Shown here in pieces: positions 1-13,900 of a stretch of 64,000 nt of DNA; positions within the stretch are counted from its first letter, which is position 1, and each line of letters opens with the position of its first letter. A model generated the notes under the pieces. It searched no databases. It was given only the letters and a program-made list of their open reading frames with translations, and was not told where the DNA came from. The stretch is taken from assembly GCA_051294905.1 (NCBI GenBank), contig CM119381.1, positions 23,188,001-23,252,000 on the forward strand, read 5' to 3'. The stretch comes from Botryllus schlosseri (taxonomy: Eukaryota). The position numbers and the translations under genes were made by a program.

Positions 1-215
1 TGTGATGCATCCGTACCGTGGCAGCTTTCCATTGATAGCCGTTTTATCAAATTTAATGCTCGGCAAGCCGGTCAGAAATTATTGTCAAAATTGCCTTTTA
101 CTAAATGGAAAGTGTGACGTAGACCAATTTCACTGACCTGTGAGATTTCTTTGTGTCCACACCATATAGGACAATATGATTCAACTATACATCCGTCACT
201 CGGATGACCTGTCAC

Positions 216-1079
216 CAGTGTTGGGATAACTCGAGTCATGACTTGACTCGAGTCAACTTTTTCTTATGACTTGACTTGACTCGGCGCTTCAGAAATGTGG
301 ATTGACTCGTGACTCGGAGCAAAATTCACGCGTCAATTCCAAGTCGTTAAGTAAACGATGTCGATTAAATCACCCTATCTTGTGTACGTTCGGTTTGTTC
401 GCGATACGCTGGTGTCACTTGTGAGAGCAACCAGTCATTCACGGATTGTACGTTTCACTGATCCTCCATTGTCATACAGGTTACGTTGTCGTAGTAGCAG
501 AAGAATAATCTAATAACAACGTATCTTTGTTTCGTATACGGCTCAGTGCTTACATTGCGCAGTGCTTACCTTTACCAACACTCTTGTATGATTTAAATCG
601 GACGAATATAGTTTATGTGTTTATATTCTCACGGATGTGTAGATGGGATGGTAGTGTATTGTATCACATAAATTTGTTCAACTTCTCGAGGCTTCGTATT
701 CGATCCTCCATATTGGCGGATTCTGATAATAACAGACTGTAGCATGAAGCTATACAGTCACTCACATATTTGATTAGCAGTTCAACACCTTTTTGCATGT
801 ATATTTAACTTTACATCCGTTATTTGTTTCAAGATAAAGGCCAATTCGTCTGTCCTTCACCTAGTTAGCAAAATGGATTGACTTTGCATCATCCCTCATG
901 CTTCGAAAATTCGATATGACTTGAATCGTGACTTGACTTGACTCGAGTCACCTCCAAAAAACGAGTGACTTGACTTGACTCGAGTCACCTTTGAACATCG
1001 ATTGACTTGACTCGAGTCAAAATGTGCAATGACTCGACATGACTCGTGACTCGAAGCTAGTGACTTGACCCCAACACTG
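216..1079. mobile_element. Non-autonomous hAT-type MITE (family 1, GACTCGAGTC/GACTTGACT subterminal arrays)
   Basis: TIR CAGTGTTGGG...CCCAACACTG; perfect 8-bp TSD CCTGTCAC (208-215 / 1080-1087); dense GACTCGAGTC/GACTTGAC clusters at both ends; no real ORF. Confidence 0.92.
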
Positions 1080-1269
1080 CCTGTCACTAAAACAGATGAA
1101 ATAGCACTATTAAATATATCCCTTAAAATATAACAATTCCGTCACTCAAGCAAAAATAACAGCACTTAAAAATGTGTTACTCAAAAGATCACAACTGTGT
1201 CACTAATAAGAGCTGTTGATCTCTAAGTCAGTTGATACAAAACCGACTCTAGCTACAGTAAAACTTGGT

Positions 1270-1936
1270 TCACAATTCTAATTCGATATTGCCTGTTATC
1301 AACCATAATATGAACATTGGCTCGCACAAAAATTCAAAATATCTAAAAAGTATAGCAAGTACTTATATAACCAATATACAAATACCTCACAACATGCTCT
1401 TGTAATGGAAAACTCCACATATCAATGAAGATGATATACTTCCCAGGGTCAGAGTCTGCAATGGTGATATGGGGAAGCAGAATCAACATCCCTGCAAAGG
1501 CATAACTATCATTTTTGATCGATGTTGGAAGTATAAATCGTCATCAAACCTGACGTTCCTTCGCAATTATATCGAAATTCATCGTCATGATCATTATACA
1601 GGCGTGCGCCATCGAAATACATCATGAAAGCCTCATTAAGGTGATGCACGATGACAATATTGTGCCAACTAGGGACATGGTGTGCAAGGTCAAATGCGTA
1701 TGAATGATATAAATATTCTTGTCCACAATGAAAAACTAATATTGTATTTGTAGCGATGATCAGTTCGATACTGAAAATTAATTTTCCAGAGTCCACGTAT
1801 GATACCAGTATCCCGCCCTTGCTATCATGATCCATAAACCAGACAGAAAAAGTGAAGCTGCTATTCATATCGAATGTGACGTTTTCAGCAACCACGGAAT
1901 CTCTGATGAAATAGGCAATGTGTGAAACATTATCAC
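1270..1936 (-). CDS. Terminal exons, LamG/pentraxin-like domain (exons 1550-1936, 1386-1491, 1270-1342)
   Basis: FTFSVWF...GGILVSY...WHNIVIV...MYFDG and IDMWSFPL motifs; phase-compatible splice sites. Confidence 0.7.
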
Positions 1937-4900
1937 CTGTTAAAAATAAATTATACAATTCATCTGTAACATGCAATACCAGGGCAGGATCTGCAACTTA
2001 AAAGTGAATTATCATGGAACAGTGCTAAATTCTAAGCACGCTATACATCAAGCACCAATCACAATGATTTTATCATTCTATGCTTGAGGCCGGCCAATTC
2101 ACTCATGATCAGCACAATCGTTAAGCAACGTGGCTGGTGTCTGACCACTGAATCACAAAATCATGGGCGTATCTATGATGAAAGTTTTGGAGGGGCATGA
2201 TGGTTTATATTCATTGGGACGTGACATCTATGGAAGAGGGCACATTATCCCATTGCAAAATTTGAGAGGGAAAGGCCACCTTTAGCACAGTTGAACTTAC
2301 TGAGAATTTTCAGATTTTCCAAATTAGATAAGAATTACTGAATTCACAAAAAACTTGGAAATTGAGCTAGATCCCTAATTAAATAGAAATATAACAAAGA
2401 CTAAATTAAGTAAGAATGCCATATGTCCATACGCCAAGCTTGGCTCGTTCAGAATTATACAGTTCTCCTGTAGCATTTGCAGGAAAACCAAAATTAGATT
2501 AATGCATAGCAGCATTTCAAAAATTAGTTTGTAATTAGATTTACAGCATTTGCCTCTAATTAGTCTAATTAGAATTATCTAGTTATCCAAGTCTGGCCTT
2601 TTAGGCCCCTGGTGACGCGATTGAATGAAGAAGCAATGTCTGCTATTTCGAATGACAGTGTGATATCATGTGACGCGAAACTCATGAAAGAATTTGAATT
2701 ACCGGTTGCAGGATTCTAACTTGAGTTCACTTCACCATGATAGAAAAGGACGAGTGTAAAATTACGAATGTAGTATCGCCTAATTTTAGATATGAAAACG
2801 CTAATCACTTGCCTGGCCGTTTTTGTTCCTACCAGTATCGGCCTATTCATATCAAGGATTCTCAAACTGGGGTACGTGAGACAATTTTAAGAGGCATACG
2901 TGCAACATCAGTTTCCTGGTACTGTAGCGTTTATGCGACAAACAAGTTTATGGCTTAATTCTTGTTGCTTTTACATTGCCTGTAACGTTACTCACTACAT
3001 CTACATTAACTGAAGTGAATCTCTGTGCTATCTACTACCGCGGTGATAAGAGTTACTATATAGCCTGATGTAGATCTCGGATAAGTACCACCATAACCAG
3101 TGTCATTAATTCGGTTTGTTAGCAATTTTTATCAGTTCAATACACCACAAAAATGAGATACAATGAAAAGATAGGAATGTGGCGAAATGACTTGGAGTAG
3201 TCTTTGGAATCAGACACCCACCTTGGCCTAGGCGATGAAAAGAAGAGGCATGCACACTAAACGAAAAGTAAAAGAAGATAGTATAATAAAAAGCAATATA
3301 TAGATTAGATTAGCATTAATGCAAACTTCAGCGCTTTGGTGGGCAGGATATAGTTTACGGGACTGGTCTAGTTTGGTAAGTTGACTCCAGCAGTGTCAAC
3401 AATGTTGCTTTCAATAGCATATAATTACTGCGTGTGCCTTTTAAAACAATTTCATGAGCACTGACATCACATCAGCAGAATGACATAAAAATGTAAATAG
3501 ATACTTTGTTGCGTTTTGCCGTTCGATCGCATGTACTTGACGCAACATATTTTAGGGTAAGCTATACATGCCAAAAATTCATAATGGTACAGTGTCAAAA
3601 ACTGTTGGAGCCCCCCTAGTCTACATGAATAATCAATGCAAATCTCGGAATGTGTCTTTCACGCTGAGATTTCACACTTATTTTTGTATCAAGCTGCACA
3701 GCAGTAATGTGCACACAAGAAAGCAAAATTTCGTTGTGAAGGCATATGATAGATAGTGTACCGGTACTGCCTTTTACCAGCCAAAATGGGGTTGACTTCA
3801 GGACTGTAGCTACTTATAAGTGGGAGTGTCATAACATTCACTACTTCCAAGCCCAATGAAACATAAAAATACAACCAACTGAATGCCCGAAATATTGTGA
3901 GTACATATAAGATTATCTTGATCGGAGTCTCAGCCACCAAATTTCAATAAATAATCCCATCTCTGATGCTTTGGATATAGGAATCGTTGCATTCCCGCAA
4001 GAGCAATTTCTAGTGGAATGTCTAACATGTGAAGTTTGATGCATCCTTTGTGTGCCAGCCATGATAGGGTCTAGTGACAATGTCACCTGCCAGTCGTCAG
4101 TTACAGCTATGTTACTTCCGTACACAGATGCGGCCGTGTGCAACAGGTCACTTCGAGTCATGAGTCATTTTAATCAACACTCGACTCATATTTGAGTACC
4201 AATGAATTTTGGAAAGGCTGTACCAAACTTATACTTACTATCGAAGTCTGAAATCCTGACTAGTTTAATCGGTCGTTGGTTTTCCGTCAAAGATAATTCC
4301 GAGCGTAGATTTTGAAATCTTTCCCGATCAATTCCAGTGCACTTCGACTCATTCGAGTATGCGTATCCGAAATATCCTCAAACACATTTTGAATCATGGA
4401 TTTACCAATAGTACATTCTTTTCTTACGGATTATAACATGATTGGTCATTCACTTCCAATATATAGCAGATAGTGATCCATTTCAATTAGGACCTCACCA
4501 GAATAGCTCGTAATTTGGAAGCATTTCTTCTCATTGACAACACTTATTTCATCAATCGATTGATCCGAACCGGATCCGTCCGTAGAGCCATCATATTGAT
4601 CCAATTCGGATAGATATCCATATTCCAGTGCAAGGCCCGCTTGGGAACGAAATCAACAAATTCAAAAATCAACTCTATCAGAAAAGTCATTGCACTTACG
4701 GCTCAGGGTTAGGGTGATATCATCATATGGTTCTTCGTTATTGTCTTCAACATACGACGCGGAGTCTTGAGACATGAATATACACACAATTACAGACCCT
4801 ACTTTGAAGCAGTAAGAATTTATTACCGCTTACCGCAACATGGCACACTACCCCTGACAGTACACAAGTTGTCTTGAAGATCACCGTATGGCGTGCATTT

Positions 4901-7900
4901 TCCTTGCAGCAGCCCAAACCTTGGAAATGATTGATTGCATTCGCGGGTTCCACCAGTGGAATTATCCACAGTCAGCCATGAGTTGTAGAAATCCCTGTGC
5001 AATGAGAGACATGATGTTGACGATGCATTGTGTACTTTTCCTCAAGTGCAATTGAAAGATAGGTACCGATGAGGATAGAACGTATCGTTGCGAAGGTTTC
5101 CCTTACACATCTTTGTACTTTCACAAAGTCTCATGCCGTTTTGATTGCAGAAGTCTCGCGAATTTTGCCAGGATTGTAATTTCGGAGGTACGTCAAAAAA
5201 ATGCAATCCTATAAGATTGAAACTTTTGTAGAAGCCGAATACATGCAAACGCAACAAACAAGTTTCACACCGTAAGAAGTTCTGAGACAAAACTCATCAT
5301 CGTTTGAATCTGGAGTAGTTGCAACAACCTGGTCTTCTGTGATATTGACGAATAGCGAAGGGTTGTCTGCTATTGCGTATTTGAAGCAATTCTGCAAAAC
5401 ATTGTTATTACCGCCCATCAATGCCGCTGCTGACGAATTGCAAATTATTCAAACCTGAGCGGTTGGCTGTAAATGAAAGAAGTAACTGGAACTAGTCGCA
5501 AAATGCCGTGCGACGATTACAGTATCCGGGCCTTGGTCACAATAAGTCAAGAAATATCCGGGTGCATCCACCATTTCCAGAGAGACTTCCGTGGCATCCA
5601 GATTATGATCTGATGAGAAAATGATGAATCTCATAGAATAAAAATATAAAGACAGAAAACATCATGATCTACCCAACACCTCTACACACTATGTATTAAT
5701 ATAGCTTAACATGAGAGAATCTCATCTTCAAAACCAGAGAAGTTCATATCCGATCTTCTGAATGGGCAAATTTGAACGTTAGTCCCGTATGGCCGTCATG
5801 ACGGTTGCTTTACACATCAATTACAATCCACTTTATCTGTCACTGTACAGCATTAGAAGCCTTCCTCACTGATCTACTGGAGTCCTTGATTCAGCTCTTC
5901 AATGAGTTTAGCGAAATCGCGGTTACTAGGATCTGTATTTTGACATGAGAACATCTATGTCTTTGATTTCCATCACTGAAAATTTCCTGTTACTGTCGAA
6001 TATGAATATTCACATTTACCATACCAGAAATACATTCTAGGACATTTCAGTTATACGATAGCAGAAATATCAAATGGTGTTTCAGAACTTGGATGAGGTA
6101 TGTAACGCAATATGCGGATGGGAATAATATTCACAATCTTTTCACTAGTTGACTAGTGCTATCCAGATACAGCTCAACCTACATTTTTACCAACTGCATC
6201 CAACATAAATATCCTCATAAACAAATCAATACCGAACCTTTTTTAAATTTCAATATTACCTTTGTAAGTGTAGTAAAATTCGGTCACAATGTGTGAAGGC
6301 ATCTTCACTGGCGTCGCCACAAAACAGTCGCTACAACAGGATGTACCGCTGTCCCCAATCCAATGCATGTATATACCTAAATCTTTTGGGGACACAAATT
6401 TTATTGGCCCATGCCGTTTCTTACCCGGATTGATATCAGGCCGAAGGCTCGGAATTGGCCTGGTTCCCGTGTATTTTCCTGATTCAAAATCACAAAATTT
6501 AATACCATCGCGGGAGGAAAGAGTTGATTTACGTACCGCAGCAAAATAGCCGCCGGGTTGCTCCGGTATCCTGAGGCGTGTCACTAAAGGATACCGTTTT
6601 AGTACGGGACCAAGTAGATTGGCACCGGTATATTCCTTCAGACTGAAGATACATCCAGTCTTTAAGAGTGTCTCTGGCAAAAAATAGCATGGAGGTGAAG
6701 TTTACAGTTTTAGTATATCCCGGTCCCCATTCGTCTACCACAACACAGCTGCCAAACCCGACATTCTAAAATTCAGCTAGAGCGGTGGTCCACAAAGTGG
6801 AAGCATGTCCCTCTTAGAGGGATCTGAAAGATTCTAAGGGGCATTCTTAAAGAATGAATTGAGTAGTGCTTAAACTTCAACTTGTTTAATAACGCCAACC
6901 ATCATTATTTGAATTTTAACTATCACATACACCGATGCTCTATTTTGACTAATACTGAGTTCGGACAAAGTTCCAGCTAACAGATGTCTTTTTGCTATAG
7001 TGCATAAAAAGGTGGAATGTTACGATGTAATTAAGTAGTCCTCACAAGACCACATTGTATGCAATGTATATTATGGCTTGTGAATCTTCTCAGCAAATCG
7101 TTGAAAACTCAATTATTACACGTTTTCTGTAATGAAATTCCTACAGAAGCAGAACGTTTTGTGGCAGGTTGAAATTACTCAAGTGAAGGTTTATGAGTTC
7201 GATGCATATCTATTGTAAATAAACCATGGTGACATTTCTTAATTTGAAGATGCTAGTTGGTATTGCTGAGTGGCTATGCAATGTGTTCATCATGAAAGTA
7301 CTAGACTTTTCAGCAGTTCTGTGGCGGAAGAAAAATCTACATTGTCATCACCATGTGAAAGACGCTTTGTGCGTTTGCTAATAAATCCTGAAACCTAGGA
7401 CCAAACTCGAATCGGCGGAACACGTATTCTAATCTTGTCTGAAATGTGTGTCATCAGCTACCCAAATAAGCCATGAGTAAGTCTGGTCGTCTGGGCGTAG
7501 GTGCAGACTTTTATTTCGTATTCAGCTACCAAATTTAGAGGTGGCCAATATGATGTCACCGGCATCAGATTTCGAATAATAGAGACGAGGTGATCGCTCA
7601 AGCTCAATATACCACTCGATCTCCTGTAGTCACAAACTAGGTTGGCGCCTTTTGATAAAAGCCAAATCCATTTGTGAGCCTTGGAATCGATTTGTATCAA
7701 AATAGATCTATTCACCTCGAATATTTGAAATTTCATGCCGGTGACGTCATATTTTATGATGCAGTTGTTGATATACCATGCTCTTTCCGATTCTCTACTA
7801 GTTGCTGCTGATTACATCTGACAAGTATCAGCTGAAAATATTCGGGTTTATTTCAATATTAAAATACTATATAATTATACTACCTTAACTATATTGCCGC

Positions 7901-10900
7901 TGCGTAATCAGAGTAGCTTATGTCCATTATCTTTTTGTAGAATTTTCATTTGCGTTCAACCATATCCTGGCCAGGGTTAATAGTTATGTTTGTCACACTG
8001 TTCCAAACAGGACACTGGTCAATATATACACGAACGCAAATTAAATTTTACAAAAATTTGATTTTCTCAGAATGTGAAAAATGGGCATAAGCTACTTTGA
8101 TTTCACCGTGACAATATATAAATTTAGTTGAAGATAATTATGTATATTACCGAATAGGCACCCATATATTCGAAGGAGAACTGATCTTAGCTTCTTGCAT
8201 TGCAAATACAACAGTTCCATTTTGACAAATTTCGCTTGAATGGCAAAGATCCTTATTTTGCTGGATGCAGTATTCCCTGCCTTCATACCAGGTGAAATCT
8301 TCCTTGACACTGGCAAACTCTACTGTCCGGTGGGATTCTATACGAGACAAGTTTAATTATTAACCAATTAGGTTTATCAATTTTATATGAAAACATCATG
8401 TTTTTATCGAAAGGTCAAAGAATGGCTTCTTGTGGCCAGATGAAGGAGAATATTCATTATAGTGTGTAATGAATTAGGATGAAGTCTTCAAAACAACTTA
8501 AATGGTGTCCGACTGTCCATACGCAAGTACACAACACATGCATTGTAAAAAAATACACAGTAAACAATAACATACCAAATAAGATGCACTGTAACGCATG
8601 ATATGCTATGGTAGCTAGTCAGGTTGCCGCCGCTGTTCCTATCTCATACTAGACAAAGACACATCATGAATACTTCCTATAGGTCAGTGGTTCTTAACCT
8701 TGACTCCAGCGCCCCCGAAGGGGCGCTTGCATATTTCAAGGGGGTGGAAACGCTCAGGGGGAGATATGGGGGGCGCTGGGCTCAGGGAGGTGATATGGGG
8801 GGCGCTGGGCTCAGGGAGGCGATATGGCGGGCGCTGAAGAAAAATGGCTTCGCAGTGGTGGTAGGACAATGACATATCCTTAATGAGTATTCACAGCAAA
8901 TTAACATTCCACGAAACATGTCAAATCCCATTCCACGAAACATGTCGCGCTACGCGACGATATTTGCTACATATGTTTTCATAAATGTAGTGGGTTATTG
9001 TAATTTATGTAAAACGAATTGCGCGTACTTTTAGATCGTCAATTTTCCGTCACTGCCGTCACGCTTTCTAGGTTGTTATAACAACCTTGTTTTGACCCTG
9101 AATTACCACAAACAATAATTAGATGGTTTCTTATAGTCTAATGGTCCTCGAGCGCGATCAAAGCGCGAAATATTTACAATATCAAAGTCTCTAAAATACC
9201 GACTGGACTTTGACCTCTTACCAGGACCGAAACTGCTGCAACCCAAATCCCCAATCGGTGAGTTCGAATGGTGGACTAAATTATTTCGGTGAATGAACAT
9301 AAATTACACATCATGTTTTGACGACTCTTCCACGGAAGAATACGCACAACTATAGAAAATAAAAATAGGCATTTCGGCGTCGGCCATTACCACGGCGCGA
9401 TGCACGAAGACATATGAAGTTCCGGTCAATATGGGACTCCGAGAAGTGTGTCAAAAAGATCGTCAGCGAGAAAACCTTAGCCGAAGAGGATTGCCCTTCG
9501 GTTGACCGTAAATTTCGATGTATATAAATCTAATTGTCCATAGGTGCTTAAAGCGCTCGTGCCGAATTATCATGTCGTCGCAATCTGCACCCCACAGGAC
9601 AAATAACATCCATCAGAGAAAATTATTTGTCAGTGAAGAAATACCTATTTTGAATCGTGTGCTTACTTTAGTTAAATACGTTTATGCGTTTCATTATCTT
9701 TTGACTATATAGCGGACAAGAGGTAACAAAATAACAACATGTGATGAATTAATTGTACCAACGAACACGCCCGAATATGTTCAATTATTGATTACGTGGC
9801 CTTTATTTTCCAATAAAATAGCTCACTCAGCGGTACTGGTAAATCTGATTACGTGGGCTGAAGGGATAAAAAGTTGATAGCGATATATATATGCAATTAG
9901 CACCTATTCATTCATGCATTATATAAAATTTTGGCGCCTGGGGCGACCAGGGCACAAAGACTTTGCTGACCATCGAAATCACGCGACGGGGTTCTTGAGG
10001 GCAAAGCCCTCAAAAGTTTGGTTTATCACGCTATGGGTGCGCAAGAAAATCATTTTTAGGGGCTAACAAAGTGCTGTTACGGCCCTCCCTCTTACCCATT
10101 GTCTTTAATACAGTCCTTACAATATGAGGTGGGGGCGCTGGAGCACGATAAATTTAAAAAGGGGGCGCTGGAGGAAAAAAGGTTAAGAACCACTGCTATA
10201 AGTGATAGGTAAAGTCAAAGTCCTTGGATTTTAATCGGATCGAATGTTTGAACATATCTAAAAAGTACTCAAGGCTACCGGCCGCCAAGGTCAGGGCTAT
10301 GGTAGTGGCCCGTTCAATAAACTGAAGAATGGTATGCGTGAGTACTCTTGAGTGGGGAGCAGTTCTCATCTGAATAACAGTATGGATAACGGGAACTTAC
10401 TCCAAATATAACAATTGTGATTTGACACCGTAGCGTTCGGATCTACATCATTCATTCATTCAAATCATATAATATACGTGCAACTAAAATACCACTAGGG
10501 CGCTATGTCAAATTTAACTTAAAATGGCTATCAATTTGAAATAAATTTCGCAATAGACACTGTAAACAGATTTTGATTTGGTCTGTTTTGCCTATAGTTT
10601 CATGGGACGGGAACTGGTGTCAATGGTTCGCGATGCATGGAGATAACATTAGTGGAGGTCAATTATAAGCATCGTCTCCGGGGACAGACGGCAGCACAGT
10701 TAGACATACCGTACATTGTTTGCAAATTTTATGTCACAATGATCGTATTCTAGTACCTTGCTGCATAGTCTACCATCATTGTGTCCGGTGAAATGTGAAG
10801 TCTGATGCAAAGCAGACTTTCTGTATTCATAGGAAAATACTTTCACAAATAAGTAAATTTGAAGAGCTTCTTGGAGGTACAATATACAATTAAATAGTAT

Positions 10901-13900
10901 ATTCATATGGTACCACCTAAAAATGGTACATTGAACGCTCTCTCATTCGAAATTTCATGCTGGTGACGTCATATTTTGTGATACGATTGTTGAAATACAA
11001 TGTTCTTTCCAATTCTCTACTAGTTGCTGACGATTACCCCTGACGAGTGTCAGCCGAAAATATTTGGGTTCATTTCAATATGAATATACTATTTAATTAA
11101 ATAAGTAAATACTTCGATTGCTGTTTTTTTTTTTAATTTCAATTTTAAAATCCGAGAAAATACTAGCACTCATGAGTAAGTAAACCTAAACCGGTTTTGA
11201 ATTTTGGAAAGAGGCGAATCAACTCAAGCACTCCAATTTTATTCAAAGGGCCTAAAAAGTGCATCTTAGCACCAGTGTTACAAATACGGTATAACATAAT
11301 TTACAAGACATTCACGCACCTTGTGCATATTCGGATCGTTCACAGATACCATTGCCATCGCACGTTCCAAGATCACAGATGTAAAAATTGTTTTCATTGT
11401 CGCAGCTCACTGTTTCTAAGACTGCACTAATCAGTCTCTTACCTGGTTCCATCATCTGAAATGTGATCGTAGATTCATGAAAACGCAGCAAACTAACTGG
11501 TGCTAACCAATATACTATATTCTTACCAGCACAAGAACAACACAAGAGTCTTGATTCGAACTTGGGTGATTAGTAGCCCATTGTACCCATGGTGGAATTA
11601 CCAAGAATTCGCGAAGTCTGCCACACCATATCTTCATGCTTTTAACGTAAGTGCCAATGGGCTTCGCGTAGGATTCCATTTTCAGCGCCCAAGTCTAAAA
11701 ATCGAGACGTGTCGTGAACAAATGTTTGAGTAAATTATCTGATAAGTGTTTCTACAAAGGGTGACCTATATTGACTTGATTTGAAGGCAGAAGAGAATTT
11801 CATGATATCACAGTCATATTCACCATTATGAATGGCATTTTGTGTAGTTAGTTACAGGGAAAATTACCTGCTTAGGGTCTTCTCCTTACAAGCCAGGAAC
11901 TAATAGCTAGTTGCTTTGAATTTCAACAAATTCCTACCAATACTTCGAAATTTGGTGAGTGGACAACAGGTAATGGTCGGGTGTACACTGTACATCTCTT
12001 TTATTGGAAAAATTGTCAGAACAGCGACGCAGCGAAGCCTGTTTATCATAATCTGGGAAACCAAACCTTTATAAAATCAAACGCCTCTTTGGATGTAATC
12101 GCACTAAAAATATCCTCTCCCGTTATCCTGCTCGTACAACTTCTCTCAGCTGCGTGAAAGTCCTTCATTGTCGTGTGCAGACAAAGATGAGAATCCCCAG
12201 TACGAAGAAGATGACCCCGATAACACCGAACTGTCACAAAATTGTTGAAATAAAATCTATTAATTTCCCAGCACAAACATGCATGACTAAAGCGTAGTAG
12301 TATTATTGGTTTGGAAATAGTTTTTAAAATAATAACTTATAACACCTCACCTGGTTTTCGATAAACCAAGGAATAACCAAGCCCTCCGCAACGTGTTGAA
12401 TGGTCTCCCGCACATGGGACCGCACAATAGTCATCAAAGTTTGATAACACTGCAATAGGTTGTGCATCTACCAAGCCACAGTAACAATACCCAATACTTT
12501 TCATTATGGCATCTTCGTATCCCAATGAAAAACATTTTTCAGTGCATTCCCAAGGCAGCAAAGGCGAGTGGTGAATGAGGGAACCGTCAGAAAACACATT
12601 ATCCCGAAAACAACCAGCGATAAGGGAACCTTGGAAAATAAGGTGCGAATAACGGGTGCTGTCAAGGGAATAAGAGCACTGCAACACCTGGAATTTTCCG
12701 ACGAATGCTCGTCTGATCGAGACCTTTCGTGTATCTTTTCATATTGTGTAAAAGCTCTGAGGACAAAAATGCACAAGAAATGCATAATATCATATGGTAA
12801 AACGGAGCTGATGTATACTATACCCAATAGGTAATCGGCCCAGATGAATGGTGTGGAAGTAATCTCATTACTCTAAACAGAAACAATGACGTAAATCAGA
12901 GAATAGCAATATATATATATCATGGATTCTTACCTTCTCCAGAGAATAAAGCTTACAATTGCCTGTATCAAACGTGTAGACCCTGTAATGAGAAAATGCG
13001 GGTGAGTTTGTGATTTCAAAATCTTCATTTTTTTGAAATAAGCTTGGTTTCATGTAGGCTACCTGCAAGTATCAGTTCTTTTCCTTTTGATGCATTCCCA
13101 AGCGCATAGGTCGGCGTTATCAACTTGGAGAGACTCGAAATGAGTGTACTTCTCATTATTCATGCTCATTTGCAAGAATCTTTAACATATAAATAGTATA
13201 TGGCTAAACACACTTGAATGTCTTATTCATTTGTCACTAAAGGCTCAGCATGGCCGTCTATTTAATGAATTATTATACCTTGAATTCCCAAGCTGACATT
13301 CAAAGGGGTTCATTTTGCTACCATGGATTACATTCCATATTTCCATGTATAATAAATTACTGTGAGATGTTAGGGGTGACCAATCTTTTTGCTATTCAAG
13401 GCCACATTTAGATTACTAATGTAGCCTATGGCCGCATTCCGGGGCATAGCCGTAATGAACTAACTTGATGCCAGGTACCGATGTCAAACTGCCCATGTCC
13501 ATTTCCGTTGAACTCCGGACTAATACACTTTTCCATATAGACTCACTATATGTATCGAAATAGCGGGTGGTCATGTCATGAATAGTAACTGGGAGTCGTC
13601 CCGAGGTATTTTTTTTCAGATGCACGAATGAATTGCGTCATTATTATTAGTAGTTTCATATATTACTATCAAATATTTATCCTTTCTCAGCACATGTGAT
13701 CAGATTCTCCGGTAGAGTTGATGTCGGGAGTGTTTACGGAAATTTAGGGCAAGTTCAATTCAAGTTATAAATGATGATACATCTTCGGGTGGGTCAATTG
13801 TTGGTAGTCACTTCGTTGCATGCTGATGACCTTGACCTCCCACCAGGATTGTCGGTATAGTGGAAGGATATTGGAAACGCCCAATCGAACCAGAAACAAA

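Noticed and set aside
216-1079. GACTCGAGTC clusters as a CRISPR-like or integron-like array
   Set aside because: No constant-length repeats with unique spacers; the motifs are subterminal arrays inside TSD-flanked hAT MITEs in a eukaryotic genome
527-1087. ORF-track ORFs within MITEs (527-742, 896-1087; also 21473-21655, 46197-46475)
   Set aside because: Low-complexity translations of repeat motifs (SSQV/DS); not genes
4480-4720. GATCC-rich patch with a single TTAGGG
   Set aside because: No definable ends or TSD; probably an old transposon remnant; not enough evidence to call
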